Part shown: piece after piece, positions 11,830-21,187 of the stretch | How positions within the stretch are numbered: position 1 is the stretch's first letter | Layout: every line of letters begins with the position of its first letter | UHGV virus genome: UHGV-1363143 | Strand: one strand, 5' to 3' | DNA from: a virus | Length of the DNA stretch: 64,000 nt | Notes under the pieces: generated by a model | Databases searched by the model: none | What the model was told of the DNA's origin: nothing | The model's input: only the letters and a program-made list of their open reading frames with translations | Position numbers and translations under genes: made by a program

Positions 11830-13703
11830 TGCTGCTATCAAATAGTAGAATAGAAAAAAATAAGAGAGTTCAGTTTTATGAACAAGACATACTATTGGAT
11901 GATCATATTTACTCTGGAAACCTGCAAGTTACTATAGATTTAGATTATATAAGCCCAGGCATAGGCATAGCCCTCGTTTCTGACGAGGGTTTATCTTTAA
12001 ACGAGGATGGTGAAACATACTTATTTAGAGTTGGGCATAGTGACTATAGTATCGTTAGAAGGTATGGAGATAAAGTAGAAGTATTAGAAAATGGCCCTGC
12101 TATTAATATTAAACCTTTTAAAGAAAACATGAAGTTACAAATAAAGAAAATTAATAGCAGAGTTTATTTTTATGTTAATGATAAGCTTCTTAGCAAAAAA
12201 TATTTACCTACTAACTTAGAGAGCTTTATGATTGGATATTACAGTAATGCTGGAAACATAATTAATTCAATAAGTATTGCTTCGGAAATACCTGAAGGAT
12301 GGGTAGTTAATATGAGCAATACCAATGGAGGATATATCAATTTTTATCCTAATGCATTTGCTGTAACTAATTGCCTAGATAAGGCCGAAGTAGAACAAGT
12401 TAAAATTAAACTTAAAGCAAATACTCCAAGTAATCCTTATTATTATCTAAAATATAATAAAGAACCTATAAATGAGTGTAACGATTTTAATGCATTTGTA
12501 TTTATGTCAGATGATGATAGATATGTAGATGAAGATAAAAATATTTTAGATAAATATAATAGGTTCATATTAAAGGATGATTCTGAAATCAACTTAAAGT
12601 TTGTTGGTACAATAGGGAAAATTAAGGACATTCAAATATCTGATAGGAAAGATGATTTCTATGTAGGTACAGATTATGAAATGACAGAAATAAAGGAAAG
12701 CTTTATAAGAATAAAGACTAATGACCTTGTAAAAATAGAATGGTCTGGAGTTATATATGGAACTCCTGAATATGACATTGATATTCCAAATCCTGAAAAG
12801 TTCGGAGTAATTAAAGATAATGATAAAATTTATTTTCCAGAGCAATGTGGAGTTGAAGTTGGAAAAGAATTCAAATATGAATACACACTGGAGTTAAATA
12901 AAAATAATCCAAAAGATAAGTTTATAATCAAGCATGATAAAGAGACTAATTATCTAGATGTAAATATAATAGATCAAGTTACTATATTTGAAAATGTAGA
13001 TGCAATTATAGATAAGTTAATTCTATACAAAGAAGATGGAACAATTGTTGACATAATAATAGAAGATACTAAAAAACAATATGTGCCATCATCAATTAAA
13101 AGTCCAATAATAGTAACAACAGAAACAGAAGAACCTCTTGATCTATCATCATCTTATAGAGTTATAGAAAAAGATGGCATCACAAACTATGTATTTACAA
13201 ATGTAGAAAGAGAAATCTTTGCACCAAGCAATAGATTAAAACTTACAAATAGACCATCTAATAAGTTGGACACCATTGTAATATATGGAGTATTGAAAGA
13301 ATCCAACATTAATGAAGATAAAATAATGCATTCAGTAAAAGAAGATATAAGAGATATAAGTCTTTATGCTGATAGCTTTGAAATAATAAATGAAGCCTCT
13401 ATGTACAGAGTAAATAAAGATACTGGAATAATAGTAATCACAGACCAAGATGATAATTATATTAAATCTAAATATAGCAAATTGGTAGTTGATTATTTAA
13501 AGAGCAATAGCTATGCGATCAACTATAAGCATGAACTTGGAAGTTATGAGGTTGATATATCTACATCAGAAAATACAAAAATGTATTATGATGGAGCTTC
13601 TCAAGGAGACAATAATGAGCTTGTAAATATACAAGAATATAAATTATTAAACACTGTATTTAAAAATAATAGTTACATCGTACTAAGGGAAGGTGATAAG
13701 TGA
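11829..13703 (+). CDS. hypothetical structural protein
   Basis: Translationally coupled: the stop and start overlap at both ends. 624 aa, no catalytic motifs. Confidence 0.3.
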   Translation: MLLSNSRIEKNKRVQFYEQDILLDDHIYSGNLQVTIDLDYISPGIGIALVSDEGLSLNEDGETYLFRVGHSDYSIVRRYGDKVEVLENGPAINIKPFKENMKLQIKKINSRVYFYVNDKLLSKKYLPTNLESFMIGYYSNAGNIINSISIASEIPEGWVVNMSNTNGGYINFYPNAFAVTNCLDKAEVEQVKIKLKANTPSNPYYYLKYNKEPINECNDFNAFVFMSDDDRYVDEDKNILDKYNRFILKDDSEINLKFVGTIGKIKDIQISDRKDDFYVGTDYEMTEIKESFIRIKTNDLVKIEWSGVIYGTPEYDIDIPNPEKFGVIKDNDKIYFPEQCGVEVGKEFKYEYTLELNKNNPKDKFIIKHDKETNYLDVNIIDQVTIFENVDAIIDKLILYKEDGTIVDIIIEDTKKQYVPSSIKSPIIVTTETEEPLDLSSSYRVIEKDGITNYVFTNVEREIFAPSNRLKLTNRPSNKLDTIVIYGVLKESNINEDKIMHSVKEDIRDISLYADSFEIINEASMYRVNKDTGIIVITDQDDNYIKSKYSKLVVDYLKSNSYAINYKHELGSYEVDISTSENTKMYYDGASQGDNNELVNIQEYKLLNTVFKNNSYIVLREGDK

Positions 13704-15505
13704 TGAAGATATATCCAGGTAAACATAGAATATATAATGTTACAGAAATAGATACCAATAGAGATATTGCATTAGGATATCTTGATTCAGAGTTTTTAGA
13801 AGAAAAAATAATAATAAATGTGAATGATGAGCTTAGCGTAGATAGTTCTACTGAGCTCCTTCCATATACTTCTTTAAAGTCAGCTGAAATAACTTTGTTT
13901 GATAAAGATGGCAAACCATTAAATAAAGATGAACAGGAAAAGCTATTAATCAAACAAATTACAGGGAATTATATTTATACTCCTAAAGCTTCAGTTACTT
14001 TTGAACCACTTACTTTTGGATATAAAGTACTTGCAAAAAAGAATATGAAGTATCTAACATCTAGAAAATATAACGTCAAAGCTGCATGCTCAGATAAAGA
14101 ACTGGCAAGCAGAATGATTCAATTCTTCTCAGATTCATATGAAAGAAACTTATGTCCTACCAATATAAAATTCAATAATGGAGATAAAAAACTAGAATCC
14201 TTATTTAACTCTTCAATTGAAGATATTGATTTTATATTTATAAATTCTGAAGATGGAAAAACATTTGATGGTGATACTGAGATACCTATAAATGAATATA
14301 TAGATAAAAATACTATTCCATGGATTATATGCGACAACCTACCAGATGAGGATGAAATAGATTATAACGAACAGGAAGCTTTAAAGTTTGAAATATTAAA
14401 TCCAAGTGTAACAAATGCTAGTTCCTTTGAAACCTCATATTATTTTAAAGTACCTAATAATGTTAGGCATTTGTTAAAGAATGAAGAAGTGGCATCAGTT
14501 ACCTATCATAACATTTTCAAACATCATAATGATGTGACTCCTATATTAATAAAAGAAGTGGTTAATAAAGGGTTCGTTATTTATACAAACTCAGAATTTA
14601 TGTCAAGAATATCTGAATTATCAGATGTCTTTTATGAAGTTTTAATGTACGTTTACTTTAGAAGTTATATAGCGACTCAAACCATTACAGAATGGATCAC
14701 TGATGTAATGCCAAACTATATAGTGCAAAATGGTAGATTAACTCAAAAAGAAAAATTTACATCTCATATGGAACTCCATAAATTATTAGGATTAAGAGAG
14801 GGAGATGCAACCCCTATCAATGTTGAAATAGAAGAACCAAAGATTGCTTACTATACTGGTATGTCAAGTAACTATTTAGTATTTAAAAAGATACCTAAAG
14901 CTGAAACAGCAGATCCTATAAAAGATGAAGAGCAAATCTCTATATTCACTGAAAGAAAAAATATTATGTTTTATGACAACTTTGTATATGTAATAAAGGA
15001 AGATATTTCAGATAAAATATCATGCTCAGTGGATAATGGTGTACTTAGGGCAACAGTTAAAAGCTTTAAACATACTGATTTAGATACAGGTTCATACCAA
15101 ACAGAAACTGCTTTTTATGAATTGAATAGCGAATTAATGTCGCAAGAAATTAAACTTACATGGAACAAAAACCTTAAAACTATTGAACTAGTTTCTGAGT
15201 TAAGAGATGAACTTATTTTAATGGCTGGCATTCAGGTAATAAAAGAAAAGAAAGATTCAAAACTATATGATATGCGTCAAAGAGGAGGAGGGCTTCCAGA
15301 AAGCCAGGAAGATAATTATGATTGTCTTGATATTGGACATGTACTTGGTAGGCCATACAGAAAAGGCGGATCATTAATAACAACAGTAAGTATTCCTAAG
15401 AAATATGAATATAAAAAAGATACTGTTTATGAAATCATATATAACACAATTAGAAAGCATATGATAGCAGATGATTATCTTGTTTTAAATCTTGAATTTA
15501 AATAG
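13700..15505 (+). CDS. hypothetical structural protein
   Basis: ATGA overlap with the upstream gene. 601 aa. Confidence 0.3.
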   Translation: MMKIYPGKHRIYNVTEIDTNRDIALGYLDSEFLEEKIIINVNDELSVDSSTELLPYTSLKSAEITLFDKDGKPLNKDEQEKLLIKQITGNYIYTPKASVTFEPLTFGYKVLAKKNMKYLTSRKYNVKAACSDKELASRMIQFFSDSYERNLCPTNIKFNNGDKKLESLFNSSIEDIDFIFINSEDGKTFDGDTEIPINEYIDKNTIPWIICDNLPDEDEIDYNEQEALKFEILNPSVTNASSFETSYYFKVPNNVRHLLKNEEVASVTYHNIFKHHNDVTPILIKEVVNKGFVIYTNSEFMSRISELSDVFYEVLMYVYFRSYIATQTITEWITDVMPNYIVQNGRLTQKEKFTSHMELHKLLGLREGDATPINVEIEEPKIAYYTGMSSNYLVFKKIPKAETADPIKDEEQISIFTERKNIMFYDNFVYVIKEDISDKISCSVDNGVLRATVKSFKHTDLDTGSYQTETAFYELNSELMSQEIKLTWNKNLKTIELVSELRDELILMAGIQVIKEKKDSKLYDMRQRGGGLPESQEDNYDCLDIGHVLGRPYRKGGSLITTVSIPKKYEYKKDTVYEIIYNTIRKHMIADDYLVLNLEFK

Positions 15506-15520
15506 GAAGGTGAACTAAAG

Positions 15521-17566
15521 ATGGATTATAAACAATTAAAAATAATTGATTTCTCTCAAGGTATAAAATCTTCAGAAGTAATGAATAACGACCTTTCACT
15601 TCAAGAGCAGATAGAGAGAGAAAGATTGGCCATAGCTGGATATGGAATAAACTATGGGCTAAAGCTTAAATTAGCTGAGTCATTCAAACTACGTATTGAA
15701 GATGGAACAATAGTTGATAAAGAAGGTAAAGAACAATTTATACAAGGAAGAACATTTGATATTGAGAAACCTAACTTAATACTTAAAAAGCAAAAGGTTT
15801 TCTCAACAGATAAAGGAGCTATTACTCTTGAGGATGTTCCTTATTCAGAAAGCAGAACTGAACCCTCTGAATTTACAGAAAGTAATATGGATTGGGGTAT
15901 AGAGGCATATTATGAAGATGATCCTTCAACTGAGCTTTTTATATCTGCAATAAAAGGAAATGTAATATATACAAGTTCTAAAAACGACAAGAGAGCAATT
16001 ATTGTAAATTATAATGTAGCTTACGATAGAATTGATACTGTTTATATTAACACGGATTATCAAGTTGCTATTAAAGCTGGAATAGATTCTACTACTCCTT
16101 CAGCATATATTCCTGAAGATTGTAAATATGTTTTAGGATTTTTAAAAGTTGTTAGCCATTTCTATGATGAAGATAAAAAATATCCTTTGGCTAATGTTTC
16201 TATTATAGAAGAATTTAATAATAGAAGAACAATTTATACAGATATAAATAATAATTTATATTTATGTGGGATACCATTTGAAAGTCTTTTAAGAATATAT
16301 TTTGAAGAACCTAAGGATCCAAAAGAAGGAATGCTTTGGTATGACATGACTACCAATAAGCTTAAAATATGGAGAAGAACAGACTTCTTCATGTTTACTG
16401 ATACAGTAACATATACAAGTATTGATCCATCTGATAAGCAGATATTTAAAACTAGTGTAGGTTACAGAGGAGAACAGCTTTCAGTATATGTAGAAACCAG
16501 AGCTGTTTCAGGTGATAAGGTATGGACTAAGCTGACTGATGAGCAATTAGAGTTATTTGTGGATTTAGATCCTTCTGAAATCGGAAAATTAGAATCTAAA
16601 GAATTTAGAATAATACCTAAGATAGTACCTAACACAAAAGTTAAGTACACAATCAATAGATATGATGATAGTTATTACTGGGTTCCTATAAATGATACAT
16701 CTTATATATCAGCAAATGAATACAAAATGTGGGCCCCAAATGATACAGGCGAAAATCTGGTTGAGTATTTACCAGGATTAAATCTAGCAGAAATGCAAGA
16801 AGATAGGCCTAATCATGACCTTAGAAATTTCTTATTTAAGTCAAGTGAACTTAATTTAAGATTTACTCCATATAAGAATGAACTAAGTTTAATGATTGAC
16901 CAAATACCATTGCATAGAGATCAGTTTATAGAAATAACAGTAGAGGATGTTTTAAACAGTTCCGAACTTACTGAACTTGCAATTAATCATTATGGATATA
17001 CTACTGAATTCTTACAAGATTTAAAGGAAACCTACAAAGAACTTGGAATAGGATTCAAGTTAGTTAATAGCCTGGATAAACCTGCATTCATAGAAGTAAA
17101 CATCCAACATAGAGTAAATGATTCTATATTAAAGAATAAGTTCCAAAGAAATGCAACATTTGCAAAAACACAAACTCTTGTATATAACCCAGACAGTGGA
17201 TTAACTCCATTATCTACAAAAGATAACTTAATTCATGTCTTTACATTAATACCATATAGATATGGAGAAGAACAGCTTGAAGTATTTGTAGATGGAAAAA
17301 GAATTAAGAATGAATTAATTACAGAAGTTACTTCTGGAGAACCTGTTCTTGGAGCAATGTGTAAGCAATTCTCATTAAATCCAGATGAAGTTGGGCTTGT
17401 TAAAGGTTCAGAAATAACATATAAAATAACAACCAATGTTTATTCATATGACCATGTAGAGTCAGTTATAAGAGAATCTCAGCAAGAACTTAATAATAAG
17501 ATTGCAGATCTTGAGGAGATAATAAATGAACTAAAAATAAAAGTAGACAACATAATAGATTATTAA
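15521..17566 (+). CDS. hypothetical structural protein with C-terminal coiled coil
   Basis: GGAAGGTGA RBS. The C-terminus ..SQQELNNKIADLEEIINELKIKVDNIIDY is heptad-like. A strong terminator follows. Confidence 0.35.
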   Translation: MDYKQLKIIDFSQGIKSSEVMNNDLSLQEQIERERLAIAGYGINYGLKLKLAESFKLRIEDGTIVDKEGKEQFIQGRTFDIEKPNLILKKQKVFSTDKGAITLEDVPYSESRTEPSEFTESNMDWGIEAYYEDDPSTELFISAIKGNVIYTSSKNDKRAIIVNYNVAYDRIDTVYINTDYQVAIKAGIDSTTPSAYIPEDCKYVLGFLKVVSHFYDEDKKYPLANVSIIEEFNNRRTIYTDINNNLYLCGIPFESLLRIYFEEPKDPKEGMLWYDMTTNKLKIWRRTDFFMFTDTVTYTSIDPSDKQIFKTSVGYRGEQLSVYVETRAVSGDKVWTKLTDEQLELFVDLDPSEIGKLESKEFRIIPKIVPNTKVKYTINRYDDSYYWVPINDTSYISANEYKMWAPNDTGENLVEYLPGLNLAEMQEDRPNHDLRNFLFKSSELNLRFTPYKNELSLMIDQIPLHRDQFIEITVEDVLNSSELTELAINHYGYTTEFLQDLKETYKELGIGFKLVNSLDKPAFIEVNIQHRVNDSILKNKFQRNATFAKTQTLVYNPDSGLTPLSTKDNLIHVFTLIPYRYGEEQLEVFVDGKRIKNELITEVTSGEPVLGAMCKQFSLNPDEVGLVKGSEITYKITTNVYSYDHVESVIRESQQELNNKIADLEEIINELKIKVDNIIDY

Positions 17567-17568
17567 TG

Positions 17569-17600
17569 TGAAGAGGCCATATTATTAGGCCTCTTTGTTT
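17569..17600 (+). terminator. rho-independent terminator
   Basis: AGAGGCC-atattatta-GGCCTCT followed by TTGTTT. Confidence 0.6.
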
Positions 17601-17644
17601 AAGTAATGAATTATTAGTGACAAATAAGAATGAGGTGATTCAAA

Positions 17645-18085
17645 ATGAAGAATGCAAATGTCAATTGGTTTGTAAAAGAGCCTGATGACGTATATGTTGC
17701 TCATACAGAATATTATGCGGGCTCTTGTAATTCTATGGAAGACTTCGTTATTGATATAGAGCTTTGGAATAATAGATGGAACAATAAAGAAGATGCAGCT
17801 CACATGAGAAATGCTAAATTAGTTATTAGTTTCGCTAATGCAGAAGACTCTGTTCTTTTATCTTTATGTGAAGTAAAAGTTAATGACGGAACCTTCAATA
17901 AACCAGATACAAGTGAATTCAATAGAGGGATAGTTGAACTCGGAACAATATCTGGCTCTAAGAACAATGGCCATGAAAGCAATACAGACAATTATAGAAA
18001 AATAACTTTAAAATTTTCTAATATACCTAACAATTTTAGAAGTGGCTTGAAATCATTATTCCTTGACACACAATTTGATGAATAG
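17645..18085 (+). CDS. hypothetical protein
   Basis: GAGGTGA RBS. 146 aa. Confidence 0.3.
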   Translation: MKNANVNWFVKEPDDVYVAHTEYYAGSCNSMEDFVIDIELWNNRWNNKEDAAHMRNAKLVISFANAEDSVLLSLCEVKVNDGTFNKPDTSEFNRGIVELGTISGSKNNGHESNTDNYRKITLKFSNIPNNFRSGLKSLFLDTQFDE

Positions 18086-18096
18086 GAGGAATTAAC

Positions 18097-19236
18097 ATGG
18101 CTTTTCAAATTAATGAAAAAATGATGGCCCATGATCGTGCCATAATCACACGTAACAAAACAGAAAAGGATTTATTGAAAGATGATGTTGTAAGGTTTAA
18201 ACCTGGTATGGCTCATTATATTTCAGAGAATCAAAAATTATGGTTAAGTGTTGAACCAAAAAAACTTTCTGATAACAGCATAAGAAAATTCTTGGAAGTG
18301 ATAACCGATGTTAGGTTAACACAAATCCTACTAGACTATGTTAATAGAGATGGTGGTTCTAAGAACAGTATGAGAGGACCATTGCATTCAGTAGTTACTA
18401 CAGGAACCTCACCTTTTGTTATAGCAAGTACAACAAAGGTAGAAAATTTAAATGTAGACAGAGTAGATGATATGCATGTAAGTGTGCCTACAGCTAATAA
18501 TACTATAGTCGGTAGAGACACTTCTGGAAATATCAACGTAAACACTACTATTAATTTTAACAAAGACAAAATTGAAAATACTGCAACTGGATTAGAGTTG
18601 AAGAAAAAGGATGGCTCAGGATATACTGATTTATCTGTAGCAACTATCAATTCCTCTACTGGCATATTAAGAGCAGGTAATGCATCTACCAAAGGAGTTA
18701 TTGAATGGAAGAATAATGTATGGAATGTTGGAGTCGAAGGCAATACCTCTGAAATTGTAACAAAAAGTTTATATGGACATGGCAAAGGTATCAACGCTGA
18801 CATGGTTGATAATAGACATGTTGATGACAGCCAAATAAGCACTAGTCATTTATGGACATCTAAAAAAATAGATGATTCAAAAGCACCTAGAGGATTTGGA
18901 CTTGGAACAGATATAAATTCTATCCCTAATAACGATTGTAATGCAATTAATGGTACTGGATTCTTTTCAGGAACTACTCCTGCTAATGGAGTTGCAAATG
19001 AATCTGGTGAAGTTTTGATTCAATCTTATATTAGTTCAGAGAAACAATTTCAAACAATAGAATATACAGTTTCAAAAAAAATATATACAAGATATAAAAT
19101 AGACAACACATGGACAGCATGGAATAAAATAATGACCAAAATTGATGTTTCTGATGAAGTGGTACATATCGTACTTAGTTCTTCAGAGCCAGCTAAAACA
19201 AATAATGAAGATATTTACTGGTATGAAATACTATAA
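18097..19236 (+). CDS. hypothetical tail-fibre-region protein
   Basis: AGGAGG RBS. 379 aa, Asn/Thr/Gly-rich. Confidence 0.3.
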   Translation: MAFQINEKMMAHDRAIITRNKTEKDLLKDDVVRFKPGMAHYISENQKLWLSVEPKKLSDNSIRKFLEVITDVRLTQILLDYVNRDGGSKNSMRGPLHSVVTTGTSPFVIASTTKVENLNVDRVDDMHVSVPTANNTIVGRDTSGNINVNTTINFNKDKIENTATGLELKKKDGSGYTDLSVATINSSTGILRAGNASTKGVIEWKNNVWNVGVEGNTSEIVTKSLYGHGKGINADMVDNRHVDDSQISTSHLWTSKKIDDSKAPRGFGLGTDINSIPNNDCNAINGTGFFSGTTPANGVANESGEVLIQSYISSEKQFQTIEYTVSKKIYTRYKIDNTWTAWNKIMTKIDVSDEVVHIVLSSSEPAKTNNEDIYWYEIL

Positions 19237-19248
19237 AGGAGGATAAGG

Positions 19249-20775
19249 ATGAGTTTTGTAATTAAAAAATCAAGCAATAATAAGGTTACGAAAGCAATTT
19301 CAAAATGTGATAATCATGCTCCAGTAATAAAAATGGTAGGATTAGATGCTTCTAACATTAAGACTGGAAAGGATGGACAAACTGTACTTGATCATATAAA
19401 TGATTCTAAGATCCATCTTACAGAAGAGAACATTATCAAAATAGTTAAAAGTAATAAAACATGGATTGCTTCTAAAGTTGAACCATCTACAGAAATGCTA
19501 TGGATAGATACAAGCAATATTAACAATGTTTTGATCAAATGGCATAACGGAAGTGACTGGGTTGCAATTAGTGGCAACATGGATAATGCAAATAGTATAA
19601 AAAATAATTTTGAAAGTACTACTTATCCAAGACCTACAGATGATACTAGTGAAGGATATAGCGTTGGAAGCATGTGGATCAATACTAATACTAAAATTTT
19701 ATATATATGTATGGATTCAGCTGTTGGATCTGCAGTATGGATACCAATAAGCGGAAAGGCTAAAGTCGGATGTATAGAAAATATAATAGCATTTATATTT
19801 GACAATACACATCCTGGAAGAGTAGAAGGACAAAAGAAGTTCATGTTACCAAGATTTGAAAGCAAAAATTTTTATATAGAGCTTTCTTTAAATGGTATAG
19901 AACTTATAAGAAACTATGATTATATAGTGACTCATGTAGACAAGGATACATTTGTTGAACTTATTAATCCTACAGAATTATCTGATTTAATCAATGGAGA
20001 AATATATCAAATGGATTCTACTAGTGCTGTTATAGATTTCATGTTTGATGAAACTATGCCAGGCAGAGTAGAGGGGCAAACTAAATTCCCTTTAACAAAG
20101 TTAAGGGATGATATATTTTATGAAGAAATATCTCTTAATGGTATAGAACTGATAAAAGATGTAGATTACGAAATAACTAAAAATTATGCTACAAACATGA
20201 TGTCCTTAGATATGAAAAAGCCAACTCAATTAACAGACACTATAAACGGAGAGTTATTTGTAAGTGCAGAGTTCGAATATGAAGATGTGTTAACATATCC
20301 ATCTAAATTGAATCAAATAGTTATTCAGGATATTGGGGGATTCAAAAAAGGAGATTCATTAACAGGAATGTCTCTAGGTGAAATAATCGAAAAACTATTA
20401 TGTTATGAAGAATCGCAAGAGCATGGAGCTCCGACATTTATAGGACTAATAGATTTTAAGCCTATAAATGAAATAACATATAAAGACTTAGATTCAGAAA
20501 ACATTGATAAAAATGCTATTACTAAAAGCTATACAGCATATGTTCATAAAGGCAACCTGGCTTTAGCTAAAACATGCGTAGTAGCTTTCCCTAAAGAGTT
20601 TGGTTCTATCTCTGGAATAGTTGATGCTGCAAAGATATCAATTACAGGAAGCTATCACTGGATAGAAACAAGCTTAGATATACCTGGAATTGGCAAAGTT
20701 GATTATATTATAAGTTCAGCAAAAAGAGCTCAAATTTATAATAATGGAACATCTGTTGTGTGGAATATTGAATAA
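19249..20775 (+). CDS. hypothetical structural protein with internal ~90-aa duplication
   Basis: AGGAGGA RBS. Two consecutive copies of F.FD.T.PGRVEGQ.KF.L......YE..SLNGIELI...DY..T. Confidence 0.35.
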   Translation: MSFVIKKSSNNKVTKAISKCDNHAPVIKMVGLDASNIKTGKDGQTVLDHINDSKIHLTEENIIKIVKSNKTWIASKVEPSTEMLWIDTSNINNVLIKWHNGSDWVAISGNMDNANSIKNNFESTTYPRPTDDTSEGYSVGSMWINTNTKILYICMDSAVGSAVWIPISGKAKVGCIENIIAFIFDNTHPGRVEGQKKFMLPRFESKNFYIELSLNGIELIRNYDYIVTHVDKDTFVELINPTELSDLINGEIYQMDSTSAVIDFMFDETMPGRVEGQTKFPLTKLRDDIFYEEISLNGIELIKDVDYEITKNYATNMMSLDMKKPTQLTDTINGELFVSAEFEYEDVLTYPSKLNQIVIQDIGGFKKGDSLTGMSLGEIIEKLLCYEESQEHGAPTFIGLIDFKPINEITYKDLDSENIDKNAITKSYTAYVHKGNLALAKTCVVAFPKEFGSISGIVDAAKISITGSYHWIETSLDIPGIGKVDYIISSAKRAQIYNNGTSVVWNIE

Positions 20776-20790
20776 AGAGAGGTAATAAAT

Positions 20791-21168
20791 ATGACGAAGA
20801 ATTTTTTATCTAAAATAGAAAATAGTTATATTGTGCCCTCATCTATAATGATTGGAAGTGGCAATGAACCTACTGATATCAGACAAATATGCGATACTGT
20901 CGAGGATTTTCAAGAGATTGCAGATTTGGGTATGGAACTTAGATATGATGGGCTAATAACATATGAACAATTAACTGGGCGTTGGAAAGGGTGTAAGAAA
21001 GTAGGAGATTCTTTTGAATGGATTACTATAAACCCTACACCAGAAGAATTAGGATTAGATAATTATGCAAAAAAAGATCATACCCATGTAGAATATCTTC
21101 CAGAAGTATCAGAAAAACAACCTGAATTCAGTAGGCCAATAGGGCATGTATGGCTAGAATCAAATTAA
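20791..21168 (+). CDS. small fibre-associated protein sharing C-terminal motif with downstream fibre
   Basis: The C-terminus ..KKDHTHVEYLPEVSEKQPEFSRPIGHVWLESN resembles the end of the 21188 fibre (..PTDRPEGHVWLEIVQ). It also has an HxH motif. Confidence 0.35.
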   Translation: MTKNFLSKIENSYIVPSSIMIGSGNEPTDIRQICDTVEDFQEIADLGMELRYDGLITYEQLTGRWKGCKKVGDSFEWITINPTPEELGLDNYAKKDHTHVEYLPEVSEKQPEFSRPIGHVWLESN

Positions 21169-21187
21169 CAGCAGAGGAGAATAAAAC

